Positions 1-12,090 of a stretch of DNA of 64,000 nt are shown in pieces; within the stretch, counting starts at the first letter, position 1, and the number at the start of each line of letters is the position of its first letter. The notes below the pieces were generated by a model. The model saw only the letters and a list, made by a program, of their open reading frames with translations, had not been told where the DNA came from and searched no databases. Origin of the DNA: Octopus sinensis (taxonomy: Eukaryota). The position numbers were made by a program, and so were the translations under genes. The stretch lies in NCBI RefSeq assembly GCF_006345805.1, contig NC_043000.1, positions 97,836,001 through 97,900,000 of the forward strand, read 5' to 3'.

Positions 1-972
1 CAGATTCACATGAGGAGGAAACAAGATTTTGCGACGTTCATGCTCAAATAATTACGTAAGAAAAAATTAGACACGCATGCTTATTTGGATTATTAGAGCG
101 AGACACACACACACACACACACTCTGCCACCCCTTTCTTACTCTATACACACCACACACAAACGAAAATACTAAGAATCTAATATAAACAAGATCAAATA
201 TAGTATTCACAAATTGTTTACAAATGTGGAAAGATACATGCATATTACACAAATTCACATTTATAGTTCTTTAATTCATTTTAACCAGCGCAAAGCAAAC
301 GCTTTTGCGCGCGCACACGTTTTCATATATATATATATATCTATATATACACACACTCAAAATTTCATATACATATGAATTGTGTAGATATCAGATTTTG
401 TGCATATTTGTGTCTAAAAAAGCATGTGTATACAAGAATAAAATATTTTACATATTAAACGTTACATATAGGTACTTTTTCATGTTTCGCTTTATACACA
501 GTTATATATCAAATTACATTTTTGTTGTAATAATTACTGCTCTATTCTTTAGAGTGTGCTTCTTTTCTGATACATGTTTTATTGACTATATATATATATA
601 TATACATACAGAGAGAGAGAGAGAGAGTGTTTCACATTCACACACACATATATATATATATATAAGCGCGCACACAAATTGTTACATGTTACATTTTATT
701 TATATGAATATATAAAATATATATCTTGCTTGTATGAATGTATATTATTTTTGTTTAGTTTATGTGCATTTTGTTACATATAATTACAATTTCTAATGTT
801 TATATATATATGACGGCTGTGAAAAATTAAAATGAAAGGAGAAGACAAGCGGTTGAAGTCTTTCTTGCTCTCTTTCTCTTAAGCAGCCCCCCTCGCCCCA
901 TGCTTGACAGTAGTAGTAGTAGCAATAGTAGTAGTAAGCTTTATAGTTTTTTTTTTTTATACTTATACTTAC

Positions 973-1100
973 CCAGTAAGTGTTGAATCCCTATTAGAAA
1001 TAGGAGTCAGCGAAGAGGAAGAACTGGATAGAAGGAGCTGCTTTTGCTCAGCTGGGCTGGCCAGTGGCAGCAGTGAACTTATCTTACAACCGTCAAACAT
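973..1100 (-). CDS. Candidate first coding exon of a host gene running leftward out of the window (MFDGCKISSLLPLASPAEQKQLLLSSSSSSLTPISNRDSTLTG...), product unidentified
   Basis: ATG at 1100-1098 has an in-frame TGA two codons upstream. The frame is open for 42 codons plus 2 nt and ends at a canonical donor GG|GTAAGT (GT at 972-971). Local GC is above background. No family recognised. Confidence 0.45.
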
Positions 1101-2378
1101 CTTTCATTGTTATCCGTATCATGCTAGAAGACTTGTGAGAAAGTGTTAGATTTTTCTCTGCCGACTATCAAATTCTTATCTGTATGTGTGTGTGTATGTG
1201 TATGTATATATATATATATATATATATTGCTCCTTGTTAATTTTTAAAAAAATTTTACACCTGATTTTTCTACATTTTTTTTTTTTTTTGGCCGGAGCGA
1301 TTCAGGAAGGAAAAACAATAGCTATATATATATATATATAATATATATATATATTCAAAGCTTATTCAGGATAAACGAAATTAGATTTTTTTTCCTTCTT
1401 TTTTGACAATTGATCACCGAGATATTTTCATCATCGTCGTTTGTTTGCAATCAAAGAACGAGAGTATACATCCACTCTTATATATCTCCAGCTTAATTGG
1501 AAAAAAGATAAAAGAATTAAAAATAAAATAGAAAATAAAAGCTAATGAAAGGAAAATTTGGAAAATTATTATAGAAACGTCGACCATATGTATGTTGTGT
1601 TCTCTATTTTCTTCCTTCACCCATGGCCACCAAAACTACTAAAGAATTAACAATTTATAATGAAACTTATTTTAACAAATGTATTTTGAAAAATACTGGC
1701 CGTTTGTGATCACATCCTTCGTAGCTTTGAGATCGTAAATCCAACATTATCTGGAGCTAAGGGAGAGAGAGAAAGACATACACACACGGGGACAGAGAGA
1801 TTGACAAGATCTATTGTATGTATGTAGGCAGTGGAAAAAGACACTGTCCAACAGGAGCAAGAACAAATAATAAATAGGTGGTATGGTCTGGTCTGGTCTG
1901 ATGTGGAAGACTGCTGTGGCCAGGACCTGCCTGTTTCTTCTCCCCCTTTTTGAGGAGACGGTAGGGGCAGGAACAACAATGCCCACAAGAAGAAACGATA
2001 CTCAAATGTAAAGAGTACACAGCTAGAAGTAGAAGTAGCAGCAGCAGCAGGAGCGGCATCACGACTAAATAGATAGTGGCGGTGATGATGATGATGATGA
2101 CAACGGTGACTCCTTCCTTAGGGGTGGTAGAAGTGAACAAGACAAATTAAAAAAAAAAAAGTGTTACGACTAGCCTGCTCACCAAACAGGAACAGACATC
2201 ACTCAAGGAGCCAGGAGAGTTCCTTACACAGCAAGTCATTACTCTATTATAAACACTAAGGGGCTCAGAAGGGGTAATGTCCCCTCTCTCTTTTCTCGTC
2301 TCAGTCGCTCGCTCCCTCCCTCGATTCCATGTATTCTCTTTCATGCTTTTCTTTCATTGGAGAGCTCTAATTTTGCAA
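1101..2378 (-). other. Putative long 5' UTR or promoter-proximal exon of the same gene
   Basis: Unique, CpG-retaining, GC-richer sequence with (CAG)n, (GAT)n and GA/CT tracts. Possible minus-strand acceptor TTTATTTGACATTCATTCTAG| at ~2380. Confidence 0.3.
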
Positions 2379-3424
2379 CTAGAATGAATGTCAAATAAAC
2401 TAGCTTTTGTGTGTGTGTGTATATATATATGATCCTTGTATTTTCGATGCCGGTGCGATATAATAATGCATGCCTACAAAACACATATTCACCGTGTGTA
2501 TGTGATTATACTTATATTTTGGACACATACGATACCAATGTGCTTTGGTGAAGGATTTTCCCCCTTAGACAATTACCTCATATAACACATTAAATTCTAG
2601 ACCCGGTTTTTTTTACATGCATCGTTTACACATGCATAATTCACCGTATATTTACATAATCCCATTATTATATAACAATTATACATGGGCATAAATATAA
2701 ATGCACTATATATATAAAATCAACGTCATTATCATTATTATACTGTGACCGCGTTAGGGCACAACTTACAAAGGTTTAAGTCAACCATATCGCCCCCAAC
2801 ACATATTTCAATCTGTCACTAATTTTCTCAACTCGTATTTGTTGAGCCACAGGATTAGAAAACAGACAGCATTAAAGACAATGAACCACATATATTTATG
2901 TACACACCGATACACAGATCATCTAAACAAACAAAAAGAAAAAAATTACATGCACACCAACAGTTTGCATGTTTACCATTACCTCATTTCTTCCATAGTT
3001 TTTGAACCAATAGGTATTTAAAAACACGGAGATAATTAGAACTATGATTGTCAGTATAAATAAGCATACACATACATACAGATATATCTACACACATATA
3101 TGCACACACAAACAGGTAGAAAAATAAATAAATATGAAATAAAATACAGTGACCAATAATCTTCAGGACGTTGACTATTTTTTCCAATTTGGACAGCCCC
3201 GATATTTCTTGCCCAGCAATTAGTTACGCACGAACCCACGAACAACCAAACACATAAGTGAGCTTTAATTCGCGTAGACGAAAGGACTCAATCAACAAAG
3301 CACCACATACATACACACACATTTACATACATGTGTGTATGTATGTGTGTGTATTATGGGGATTCACCGTTTGGTGTTGCAACATAATTTTAGTTTTCTA
3401 CTTCATTCTTCTTTTTAGAAATAT

Positions 3425-3454
<30 letters not shown>

Positions 3455-3460
<6 letters not shown>

Positions 3461-3906
3461 AATATATACCTTTCTTATAATACATATATATATATCTATA
3501 TATATATATAATATATACCTTTCTTATAATACATATATATATATCTATATATAAATATATACCTTTCTTATAATACATATATATATATCTATATATAAAT
3601 ATATACCTTCTTATAATACATATATATATATCTATATATAATATATACCTTTCTTATAATACATATATATATATCTATATATAATATATACCTTTCTTAT
3701 AATACATATATATATATCTATATATAAATATATACCTTCTTATAATACATATATATATATCTATATATATATATAAATATACCTTTCTTATAATACATAT
3801 ATATATATCTATATATATATATATAAATATATACCTTCTTATAATACATATTATATATCTATATATATAATAAATATATACCTTTCTTATAATACATATA
3901 TATATA

Positions 3907-3930
<24 letters not shown>
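3455..3930. repeat. Minisatellite, ~40-bp unit (atatatacctttcttataatacatatatatatatctatatat), roughly a dozen copies
   Basis: The core acctt(t)cttataatacat recurs at regular spacing, separated by variable (AT)n. Confidence 0.9.
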
Positions 3931-3939
<9 letters not shown>

Positions 3940-4598
3940 ATATATATATCCATACATATGCATATATATATCCATACACATATATATATATACATACACA
4001 CAAATATATATACATACACATACATACATATAGACACACACACAAATATATATACATACACATACATACATATAGACACACACATATATATATACATACA
4101 CATACATATATACAGACACACACATATATACACATACATATATACATACATTAAAACACATATATATACATGCACATACATATATACATACACATACATT
4201 ATATTACATACATATATATATACATACATACATTATATTACATACATATATATATACATACATACATTTATACAAATATATATATATACATATACATACA
4301 TAAACGCACACAAATATATATATATATACCTAATTTTGAAAATGTATGGATAATACCATACTAATTGTATGATATTCATATGAATCTAAAGTTTTATACA
4401 ATATATATATATGTATACACACACACACACATATATGCAAACACAAAAACATATACAAATACATATATATACACATACATATGTATACACATACATATAT
4501 ACATATGTATATACATATAAACTCGTATATATCTAATATAGGATAAAATGGCCAGCATATTAAAAAATACCTTAAAGGTTATCAAAGTTTATAAGTTG

Positions 4599-4642
<44 letters not shown>

Positions 4643-4910
4643 ATACACACACATATGTACACACACACATATATACACACACATACATATATATACATAT
4701 GTATATACATACATATATATACACATGTATATATATAGATATATAAATACACATATGTATATATATACATATGATTATACACACACATATGTATGTACAT
4801 ATGTGAATACAAATATTATATATATATACCAACATATATATATATATATATACACATATATAGGTATACATATTTATATATACACACATATATTACACAT
4901 ACACATATAT
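3930..4910. repeat. Compound (AT)n/(AC)n/(ACAT)n low-complexity tract
   Basis: Seen directly. It is the source of many Y/I/H/T and C/V/Y/M ORFs in the track. Confidence 0.9.
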
Positions 4911-4922
4911 TTTTTCTTTTTA

Positions 4923-5247
4923 TTTGTTTCAGTCATTTGACTGCGGCCAGGTTGGAGCACCGTCTTTAGTTGAGGAAAATGACCCCAGGCCTAACTCTTT
5001 GTACGCCTAGTACTTATTCTACTGGTCTCTTTCGCTGAACCACTAGGTTGCGGGTACGTAATCATACCAGCATCGGTTGTCAAGCGATGTTGGGGGGGGG
5101 GGGGACAAACAAAGACACACATACATATAAATACATGACAGACTTCTTTCAGTTTACCTCTACCAAATCCACTTATGCCACACAGTCGGACTGAACCCAG
5201 AACCATGTGGTTGGTGAGCAAGCTACTTACTACATAGTCACACCTGC

Positions 5248-5248
<1 letters not shown>
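4923..5248 (-). mobile_element. OR1-type tRNA-derived CORE SINE, internally deleted
   Basis: The reverse complement has a tRNA-like head with B-box GGTTCAGTCC and the family tail ...GCAGTCAAATGACTGAAACAA shared with other copies. Confidence 0.8.
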
Positions 5249-5331
<83 letters not shown>

Positions 5332-5344
5332 TTTGTGTGTATAC

Positions 5345-5375
<31 letters not shown>

Positions 5376-5460
5376 AGCATATATTCAAATATATGCATAC
5401 ATATATATATATACATATATACATATATGTACACATATACATACATACACATACACACAC

Positions 5461-5548
<88 letters not shown>

Positions 5549-5743
5549 GTCTGTTGAGGTGTGTTCTGTTAAGAATGTATTAGAGTACAGTTAGAGCTCA
5601 TTCACCCTTAGAATTCCCAAACAGCCGGTCTTATTCTAACAGTATGCTACCAATTGTAGTCTTAGGTATTCCTCGCGTGTAAAATAGAAAGTAAAAAGTA
5701 AAAGAGTCAAAAGGAAGAATAAGTACAGTTAGGCAGCTTTTTA

Positions 5744-5857
5744 ATCACTGCAAATGTTTCGATACATACAGATCCTTGAATATACAAGATTTAAAGTCTA
5801 AATGAAATTAAGTAACGATTTACCTGTGTAAGATCTATATGTATCTCCGCAGGAGAT
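5744..5857 (-). ncRNA. Degenerate mirror copy of the hammerhead fold, likely inactive
   Basis: Minus strand reads ATCTC-CTGCGGA-GATACATATAGATC...GATCTGTATGTATC-GAAAC-ATTT-GCA-GTGAT. It has an A6C core change and GCA instead of GUA at the cleavage site. Confidence 0.4.
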
Positions 5858-5958
5858 ACTCAGTTGTCTCCATAAGTAAATCTAGATTTCCATGCTAAAA
5901 CATCCATGGATGTTGTAGCATGGAAGTCTTGATTCACTTACGGAGACAGCAACTGAGT

Positions 5959-6080
5959 ATCGCCCGAGGAGATACATATAGATCTTCTTATACAGGTAAA
6001 TCGTTATCTAATTTAATTTAAACTTAACTTTAAATCCTGTATATACAAGGATCTGTATGTATCGAAACATTTGTAGCGAT
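5959..6080 (+). ncRNA. Type I hammerhead-ribozyme fold (core variant U4C)
   Basis: Stem I ATCGC (5959-63) pairs with GCGAT (6076-80). Core CCGAGGA at 5964-70. A 16-bp stem II pairs 5971-86 with 6048-63. GAAA at 6064-67, minimal stem III C-ATTT-G, cleavage triplet GTA at 6073-75. Confidence 0.55.
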
Positions 6081-6133
6081 TAAAAAGTTGCCTAACCATA
6101 CTTACTCTTCCTTTTTACTTATATATATATATA

Positions 6134-6912
6134 TTTATATATAAAACTGAAATGCGTTTGGACCGCTTGGATCGCTTTTAAGGCCACTACATCCCGTCGG
6201 ATTAACTCCAAAATTTACAGGGACATGTAAAATGAGGTGACGATGCTCGTGGGCTACGTTAGAAATCCCTATCTTAAAAGGTGTCATTGCTAGGGCCAAA
6301 AACCCACTTTGACAAGTCCACTCCCATTCTTTAATGTATCTGTCTTCCTCACTCACTCACGCTCCCAGCACTTTTTCACTCACTCTATTTCCTACCTTCC
6401 CATCACTTTCACTTCGTCAAATGGCGTTCTTTAATGTATCTGTCTGCATTCATAGAGAGAATTATCATCGTCACCATCAACACCACACAATCATGACAAC
6501 AAATATTATGAATCTCACCATCGCATTCTATTGTCTGCCTGTCAACGCGCCGATGGAGCAAATACAAACAGAACACACCAACATGCGTTCGTGCTCTGGT
6601 GATAACGTAGGTTTTTTGTATCTATTACATTTTAACATTTATTTAGAACCCTGCAAATTTTTTGTGCTAAATTTTCATTTTTTACTACTTTATTATTTTT
6701 CCTTAAATTGATGCTTTTATTAAAATTAATTCTAATTGCCTGGGTCAACAGTTCCTTTCCTCGGAGGATATGGAAATTCCTACTACCCGTTAGAGAAATA
6801 ACTCCAGCAGCTCACAACTATTTCAACAAAAACAAGGTTACCTGTTTACCAGTCGAATTCAGTGTCAACGCTCACATATGAGAGAGACTCCAACACACAC
6901 ACACACATATAC

Positions 6913-6953
<41 letters not shown>

Positions 6954-8118
6954 TAATGTGTGCATTATGTGGTCGATTGAGCTGAAAATATGCAGACCTA
7001 TGTTAAAAGTGCTGGCAAGTTTGCATGACAACTATTTTTTTTCCTCAAATGAAAGGCGTGACCTCTAGGACAAAATTCCTCATCTTATAAAATGTGGCCC
7101 CAGTAGACCCGAATGAAATCAGGTTATATTAACCAAAATGTGAAAAGGGGTCTAAATGGGGCTGGAAGCGGATTAAAATTTCAAGGAGTGGGTGTTTAGG
7201 AATTCTCTGTTACATGAAGCTAAAAAATTTGCGCCAGCCTTTTAATCGTCAATGTGTTGCCGTCCATGATGAAGAAGTTTTGAATGCTTGCCATGGTGAG
7301 TCTACTGTCATGAGAAAGAATCACTTCAAAACTTGGTGTTTAGGGATTTTCTTTTACATCAAGTTCAAAATTTTACGCCAGCCGTTAAACTGTGAAAACG
7401 TTGCTGTCCATCGTTAAGAAATGTCAGCCATGGTGACTCTACTATCCTCAGATTCTATCCCTTCAAACTTTGGTTTCCAATATTTTATTATTTTTATTCA
7501 GCTCGCAAGTTCGTCTGTCCCTTTTAAATGTTAATGTTTTGCTATCTGCCTTGAAGCAGACCTTTCCATTGTTACTGCCTGATATTTATGATTGATCTTT
7601 CTAAATATTTTATTTCTCAACTTACTCAAGATCTTTTGTTGTTTATAAATGGGGAGATAGATAAAGGTAGAGAGTAAGAGAAAGCGAGGGAGAGTCCGAG
7701 AGAAAGGAAGAGTAAGAGAGTGGGGAAAGTGAGAGAAAAAGGAGAGAGAAACAAAGAGGGAGAATCATCATCGTTTAACGTCTGTTTTCCGTGCTAGCAC
7801 GGGTTGGACAGTTTGACTGGGGTCTGGGAAGCCAGGAGGCTGCACCAGGCTCCAGTCTGATCTGGCAGTGTTTCTACAGGTGGATGCCCTTCCTAACGCC
7901 AACCACTCTGTGAGCGTAGTGGGTGCTTTTTTCGTGCCAGGAGGGCTGGCAGCAGCCACGATCGGTTGGTGCTTTTTACGTGCCACCAGCACAGAAGCTA
8001 GTCAAGGCGGCGCTGCAATCGGCCACGTTCGGATGGTGCTTTTTACGTGCTGAAAGGAAGCAACAGAAAGTAACATCCACACTCTTACCCGCGCGTAGAG
8101 CGGGTCACCTTCAGCTAG
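6134..8118 (+). mobile_element. Non-autonomous Helitron (~2 kb including a nested RTE fragment)
   Basis: 5' end T(T/C)TATATATAAAA. The 3' GC hairpin ACCCGC-GCGTAGA-GCGGGT (8087-8105) lies 9 nt before terminal CTAG (8115-18), followed by T. Degenerate ~140-bp internal repeats at 7200-7560. Confidence 0.7.
7765..8050 (-). mobile_element. RTE-clade LINE 3' UTR fragment nested in the Helitron
   Basis: The reverse complement matches 29700-29872 (TTGGCGTTAGGAAGGGCATCC...TTAAACGATGATGA) and ends in (GAT)n. Confidence 0.8.
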
Positions 8119-8867
8119 TGTATGTATATATATATATATATACATACATACATATACATATATACATACATACATATACATACACACTTATACATACATA
8201 CATATATATACATACATACACTCATACATACATACATACATATATATACATACACTCATACATACATATACATTCACACATACATATACACTCATACATA
8301 CATACATATACATTCACACATACATATACATTCACACATATACATACACATATATACACATACACATATATACATACACATACATATAGATACGCATACT
8401 GTGTGGACTATGATCCCTGTTGACAGGCTGCTGGTATTTATAGTGTTAAACACTTTTGGTAAGCAAATTAGGGACTCCTTCATACAGTAACTGCTGCATT
8501 TGTTCAGTATATAAAGTTTTGCTGCTTCTTTCTATAGAGACTGTCAGAATGATGTAGACGCCTCTGATGAGCTAATAGGTCTGAAAATTGACTAAGGTTG
8601 CGCCCAGAGATATGGCTAAAATTTGCCCTGTTTATAATTATGAGATGTTACATATATATATGTATATATATACATAAAAATATATGTACAAATATATATA
8701 TATATACACACACACACAAATATATATATACATACACACATATATACATATATATATATATACACACATATATACATATACATACATATATACACATTAT
8801 ACAAGCACACACACATATATACACAAGCAAGCACATATATATACATATACAAGTACATATATGCTCT

Positions 8868-9047
8868 ATTGTTTCAGTCATTTGACAGTGGCCATGCTGG
8901 AGCACTGACTTTAGTCAAGTAAATCGACCCCAGGACTTATTCTTTGTAAGCTTAGCACATATTCTATCATTTCTCTTTTGCCGAACAGCTAAGTTATCAG
9001 GACTTAAACACACCAGCATTGGTTGTCAAGCGAAGTTGGGGTGACAA

Positions 9048-9078
<31 letters not shown>

Positions 9079-9243
9079 CACACGATGGGTTTCTTTCAGT
9101 TTCTGTCTACCAAATCCAATTACAAGGGTTTGGTTGACCCAATAGAGTAGAAGAACCACTCCCAAGGTGTCACGCAGTGGGTCTGAACCCAGAACCATGT
9201 GGCTTGTAAGCACACTTACTAACCACACAGCCACTCCTGCGCC

Positions 9244-9244
<1 letters not shown>
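8868..9244 (-). mobile_element. OR1-type tRNA-CORE SINE, near full length
   Basis: Head GGCGCAGGAGTGGCTGTGTGG with A/B boxes, CORE-like ACCTTGGG, internal (AT/GT)n and the family tail. Confidence 0.85.
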
Positions 9245-9278
<34 letters not shown>

Positions 9279-9414
9279 TATATATATTTACATATATATT
9301 TACACACACACATACTCATAATCACATATAATAGCATATATACGCACACACATCCATGATGTGTGTGTGTATATATGCTATTATATGTGATTATACACAC
9401 ACACACACATATAT

Positions 9415-9495
<81 letters not shown>

Positions 9496-10159
9496 GGTGC
9501 TAGCTTGGTATGCGATGTACAAGAGTCAAATTCTACCTTAGTATGCTATCTACATGTTTCTTATAATTATTATGGCTGAAATATAACAGTCTTACATTTT
9601 TATACATTTATTAAGAAAAAAAATCAAACTGAAGCTGATCTGAAACAAATTTACTAATTATGTATATATGTGTGTGTGTATATGTATGTGTGAGTGTATG
9701 TATGCGGCATGAGTAACCCTGCGGCTCTTTATCTCGTTGGTACGCATAGTCACATTTGTAAGAACTTTTTAAAATTTAGTAACAATATCTAGTTTATGTT
9801 CTGGGTAGATACTAATAGTGTAACTGTGCTATGTACTACATACTGTGGTAAATAAATATTCTTTTTGTGCTCAGTCACTATTTAAGATGAGCAAAATATC
9901 TCAAGGCCAGCTGCTACAAAAAAAAGGGTTGCACACTCATAGATGGATCGTATTGGTATGCGATGATCCCCTACGCCCTGCACCATTTTAGGAAGATTTA
10001 TTATGGAAAAAGGAATATAACTCTCACACATACAAGAACATCATTGCAGATTCTTTTTACCCTTCCGTTTTCAAAAGGACCAATTTAAAACTGGTCTCGT
10101 AACTTCATTATATTTGTTGTATTGACTCCAAACAATGAAAGAGTTTCTTGTACATGATC

Positions 10160-10372
10160 GTTCATCCGGCTAGAAAGAGCAGCCAAATCTCTCGCAAAAA
10201 CCACCCGACTATCTTTAGAGGAAAAAAATGGTGTAGACAGTGGAGTATGTTCCCTATTTGGAAGGAAGGGTGATACACTATTATATCTAGAATAAAAGAT
10301 GGAAATATCTTAGCTAGAAAGCCTTTTGAGAAGCCAGCTCGATCAGGGATAACCTGCCAGTGAACTGCAACA
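10160..10372 (+). mobile_element. Degenerate copy of a dispersed retroposon 3'-tail family (CTAGAAATAGCAGCCAAATCTC...(CAA)n)
   Basis: Related copies at ~12830, 13200, 16770, 24230, 27300, 52910(-), 54030(-), 55050, 56160, 59620(-), 60670 and 60985(-). Confidence 0.6.
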
Positions 10373-11658
10373 GGAAAAGTTTCAGAGAGGACAACTTGAG
10401 ATAAAAGTCATCACCAATATAACTTAAGTCACCGTTAGAAATCAATATTAATCAAATAAGACTACATTTTCCTGTGGGCAGGGAATAATCGATTATATTG
10501 GTCCACTTCCGGTATTAGACGGGTGCTATATTTTAACGACCCTTGAAGAATGAGACATCAAGTCAGCCTCGACGGAATTTGAATCCAGTAATTAAAGTAG
10601 TTTTAACTAAACACCACGCAGCTTCTCATTTTACGATCTACCTATTCTGTTGCTCGTTTTTTGTTTTAATTAAAAAAAAAAGTATAATCTGACAATAAAC
10701 AAATTTCGAAGCAGAGATTTGCTCTGCTGACAAGTTTCCACCTATGAGTTAATTGTTTTATCAATTATAGTAATTATAGTTAATGAATAAAATAAATAAA
10801 TAAAATAAATATTGAACTTCAGAAGGTAAATAAGTACATGCTTAGCTTTCCTAACTTCAACTTTAAATTGTGACTAAACTACCGAATTGTTCCTCGCAGA
10901 ACTTTCACTATAACGGGACACAAAATTCTTTACTTAATAAATAATAACCAGCTTCCTTGGATTATATCGTTTAACTTGCTCTACATTATTACAGCTGAAC
11001 TCTATCGTATGATTAAAAATAATTTCTAATTATTCTAAGTTAAAAAAAAAAAGAGGATTAGTGAATTTGTTCTTTAATAGTCATCAAAATCAAAATAAAG
11101 GATTCTTGATTTCACACAAAGGCCCTATACATTTTGAGAAGGAGCATGCGTAAATAGGACACTATCACGTTCGTACGCTTCCCGGGGACCAGTGTGAATT
11201 AAACTTGCCTCAAGCTAGAATCGAAATAGGGATGCGATCTCGACACGAGGTAAAACATCTTACATGCCCATTTCTCTTCAACGAATCACCACTGCTGATA
11301 TGGCTAAATATAAACCAATTCATTATCGACATCACACTATTTCTTATATTATTTAGTTTGCAACGAAACTATAAACAACCTATTGTTAGATTTATTGCAA
11401 AAATATTTTATACAACTTAAAAAACACAACTATGTTACTATTATGTATCATTGCATTAAGTAGTCGATTATTATGTTCTATTTGTTTTTATCTCTAATAA
11501 ATTGGCAAAACATATCTAGAGAAAAAAAAATTATAATTCTGTTTTAATATCTGCATATATGTGTGAATATAAGTGTGCACGTTGAGAGACTACATCATAT
11601 ACATGCATAATACCTCACATATGTACACACACATACATATTGTGTGTGTGTGTGTGTG

Positions 11659-11729
<71 letters not shown>

Positions 11730-12090
11730 TAGGTGCATGAGTAGTCGTGTGTAAGAAACTTGCTTCTCAACCACATGGTTCCAGGTTCAGTTGCACTGCA
11801 TGGCACATTGGGCAAGTGTCTTCTACTGTAGCCTCAGTCCCGTCGTGTGTATGTGTGTGTGTATATATATATATAATTTATGTACGTATTTGGGTGTCTG
11901 TTTCTTCCCCCATCATCACTTGACAACCAATGTTAGTGTATTTACGTCCCCATAACTTAGCGGTTCGGCAAAAGAGACTGATACCATAAGTACTACGCTT
12001 ACAAAGAATAAATCCTGGGGTCAATTTGTTTGACTAAAGGCAGTGCTCCAGCATGGCCACAGCCAAATGACTGAAAAGAGTAAAAGAATA
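11730..12090 (+). mobile_element. OR1-type tRNA-CORE SINE
   Basis: Reads GGTTCCAGGTTCAG..TTGGGCAAGTGTCTTCTAC..GTGCTCCAGCATGGCCACAGCCAAATGACTGAAA. Confidence 0.85.

Larger units (their letters stand above)
5705..6119. repeat. ~415-bp foldback palindrome (arms ~200 bp, no spacer), probably an inverted Penelope-like pLTR
   Basis: Centre CATCCA|TGGATG at 5906/5907. The arms pair out to agtcaaaaggaagaataag (5705) and cttactcttcctttttact (6119), with scattered mismatches. Confidence 0.9.

Noticed and set aside
4-55. Possible plus-strand micro-exon (CAG|..SHEEETRFCDVHAQII..|GTAAG)
   Set aside because: It is at the window edge, so the acceptor context is not visible. No homology was recognised, and it conflicts with the minus-strand gene model.
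3258-5583. Long ORFs rich in Y/I/H/T or C/V/M/Y (also at 8-9.5 kb, 22.3-22.9 kb, 28-28.8 kb and 33.3-33.6 kb)
   Set aside because: They are translations of stop-free (AT)n/(AC)n microsatellites, not genes.
9505-9965. 13-bp direct repeat TTGGTATGCGATG at 9505 and 9953 as a possible TSD
   Set aside because: The enclosed sequence has no retroposon tail and only weak TIR-like ends, so no element can be defined.
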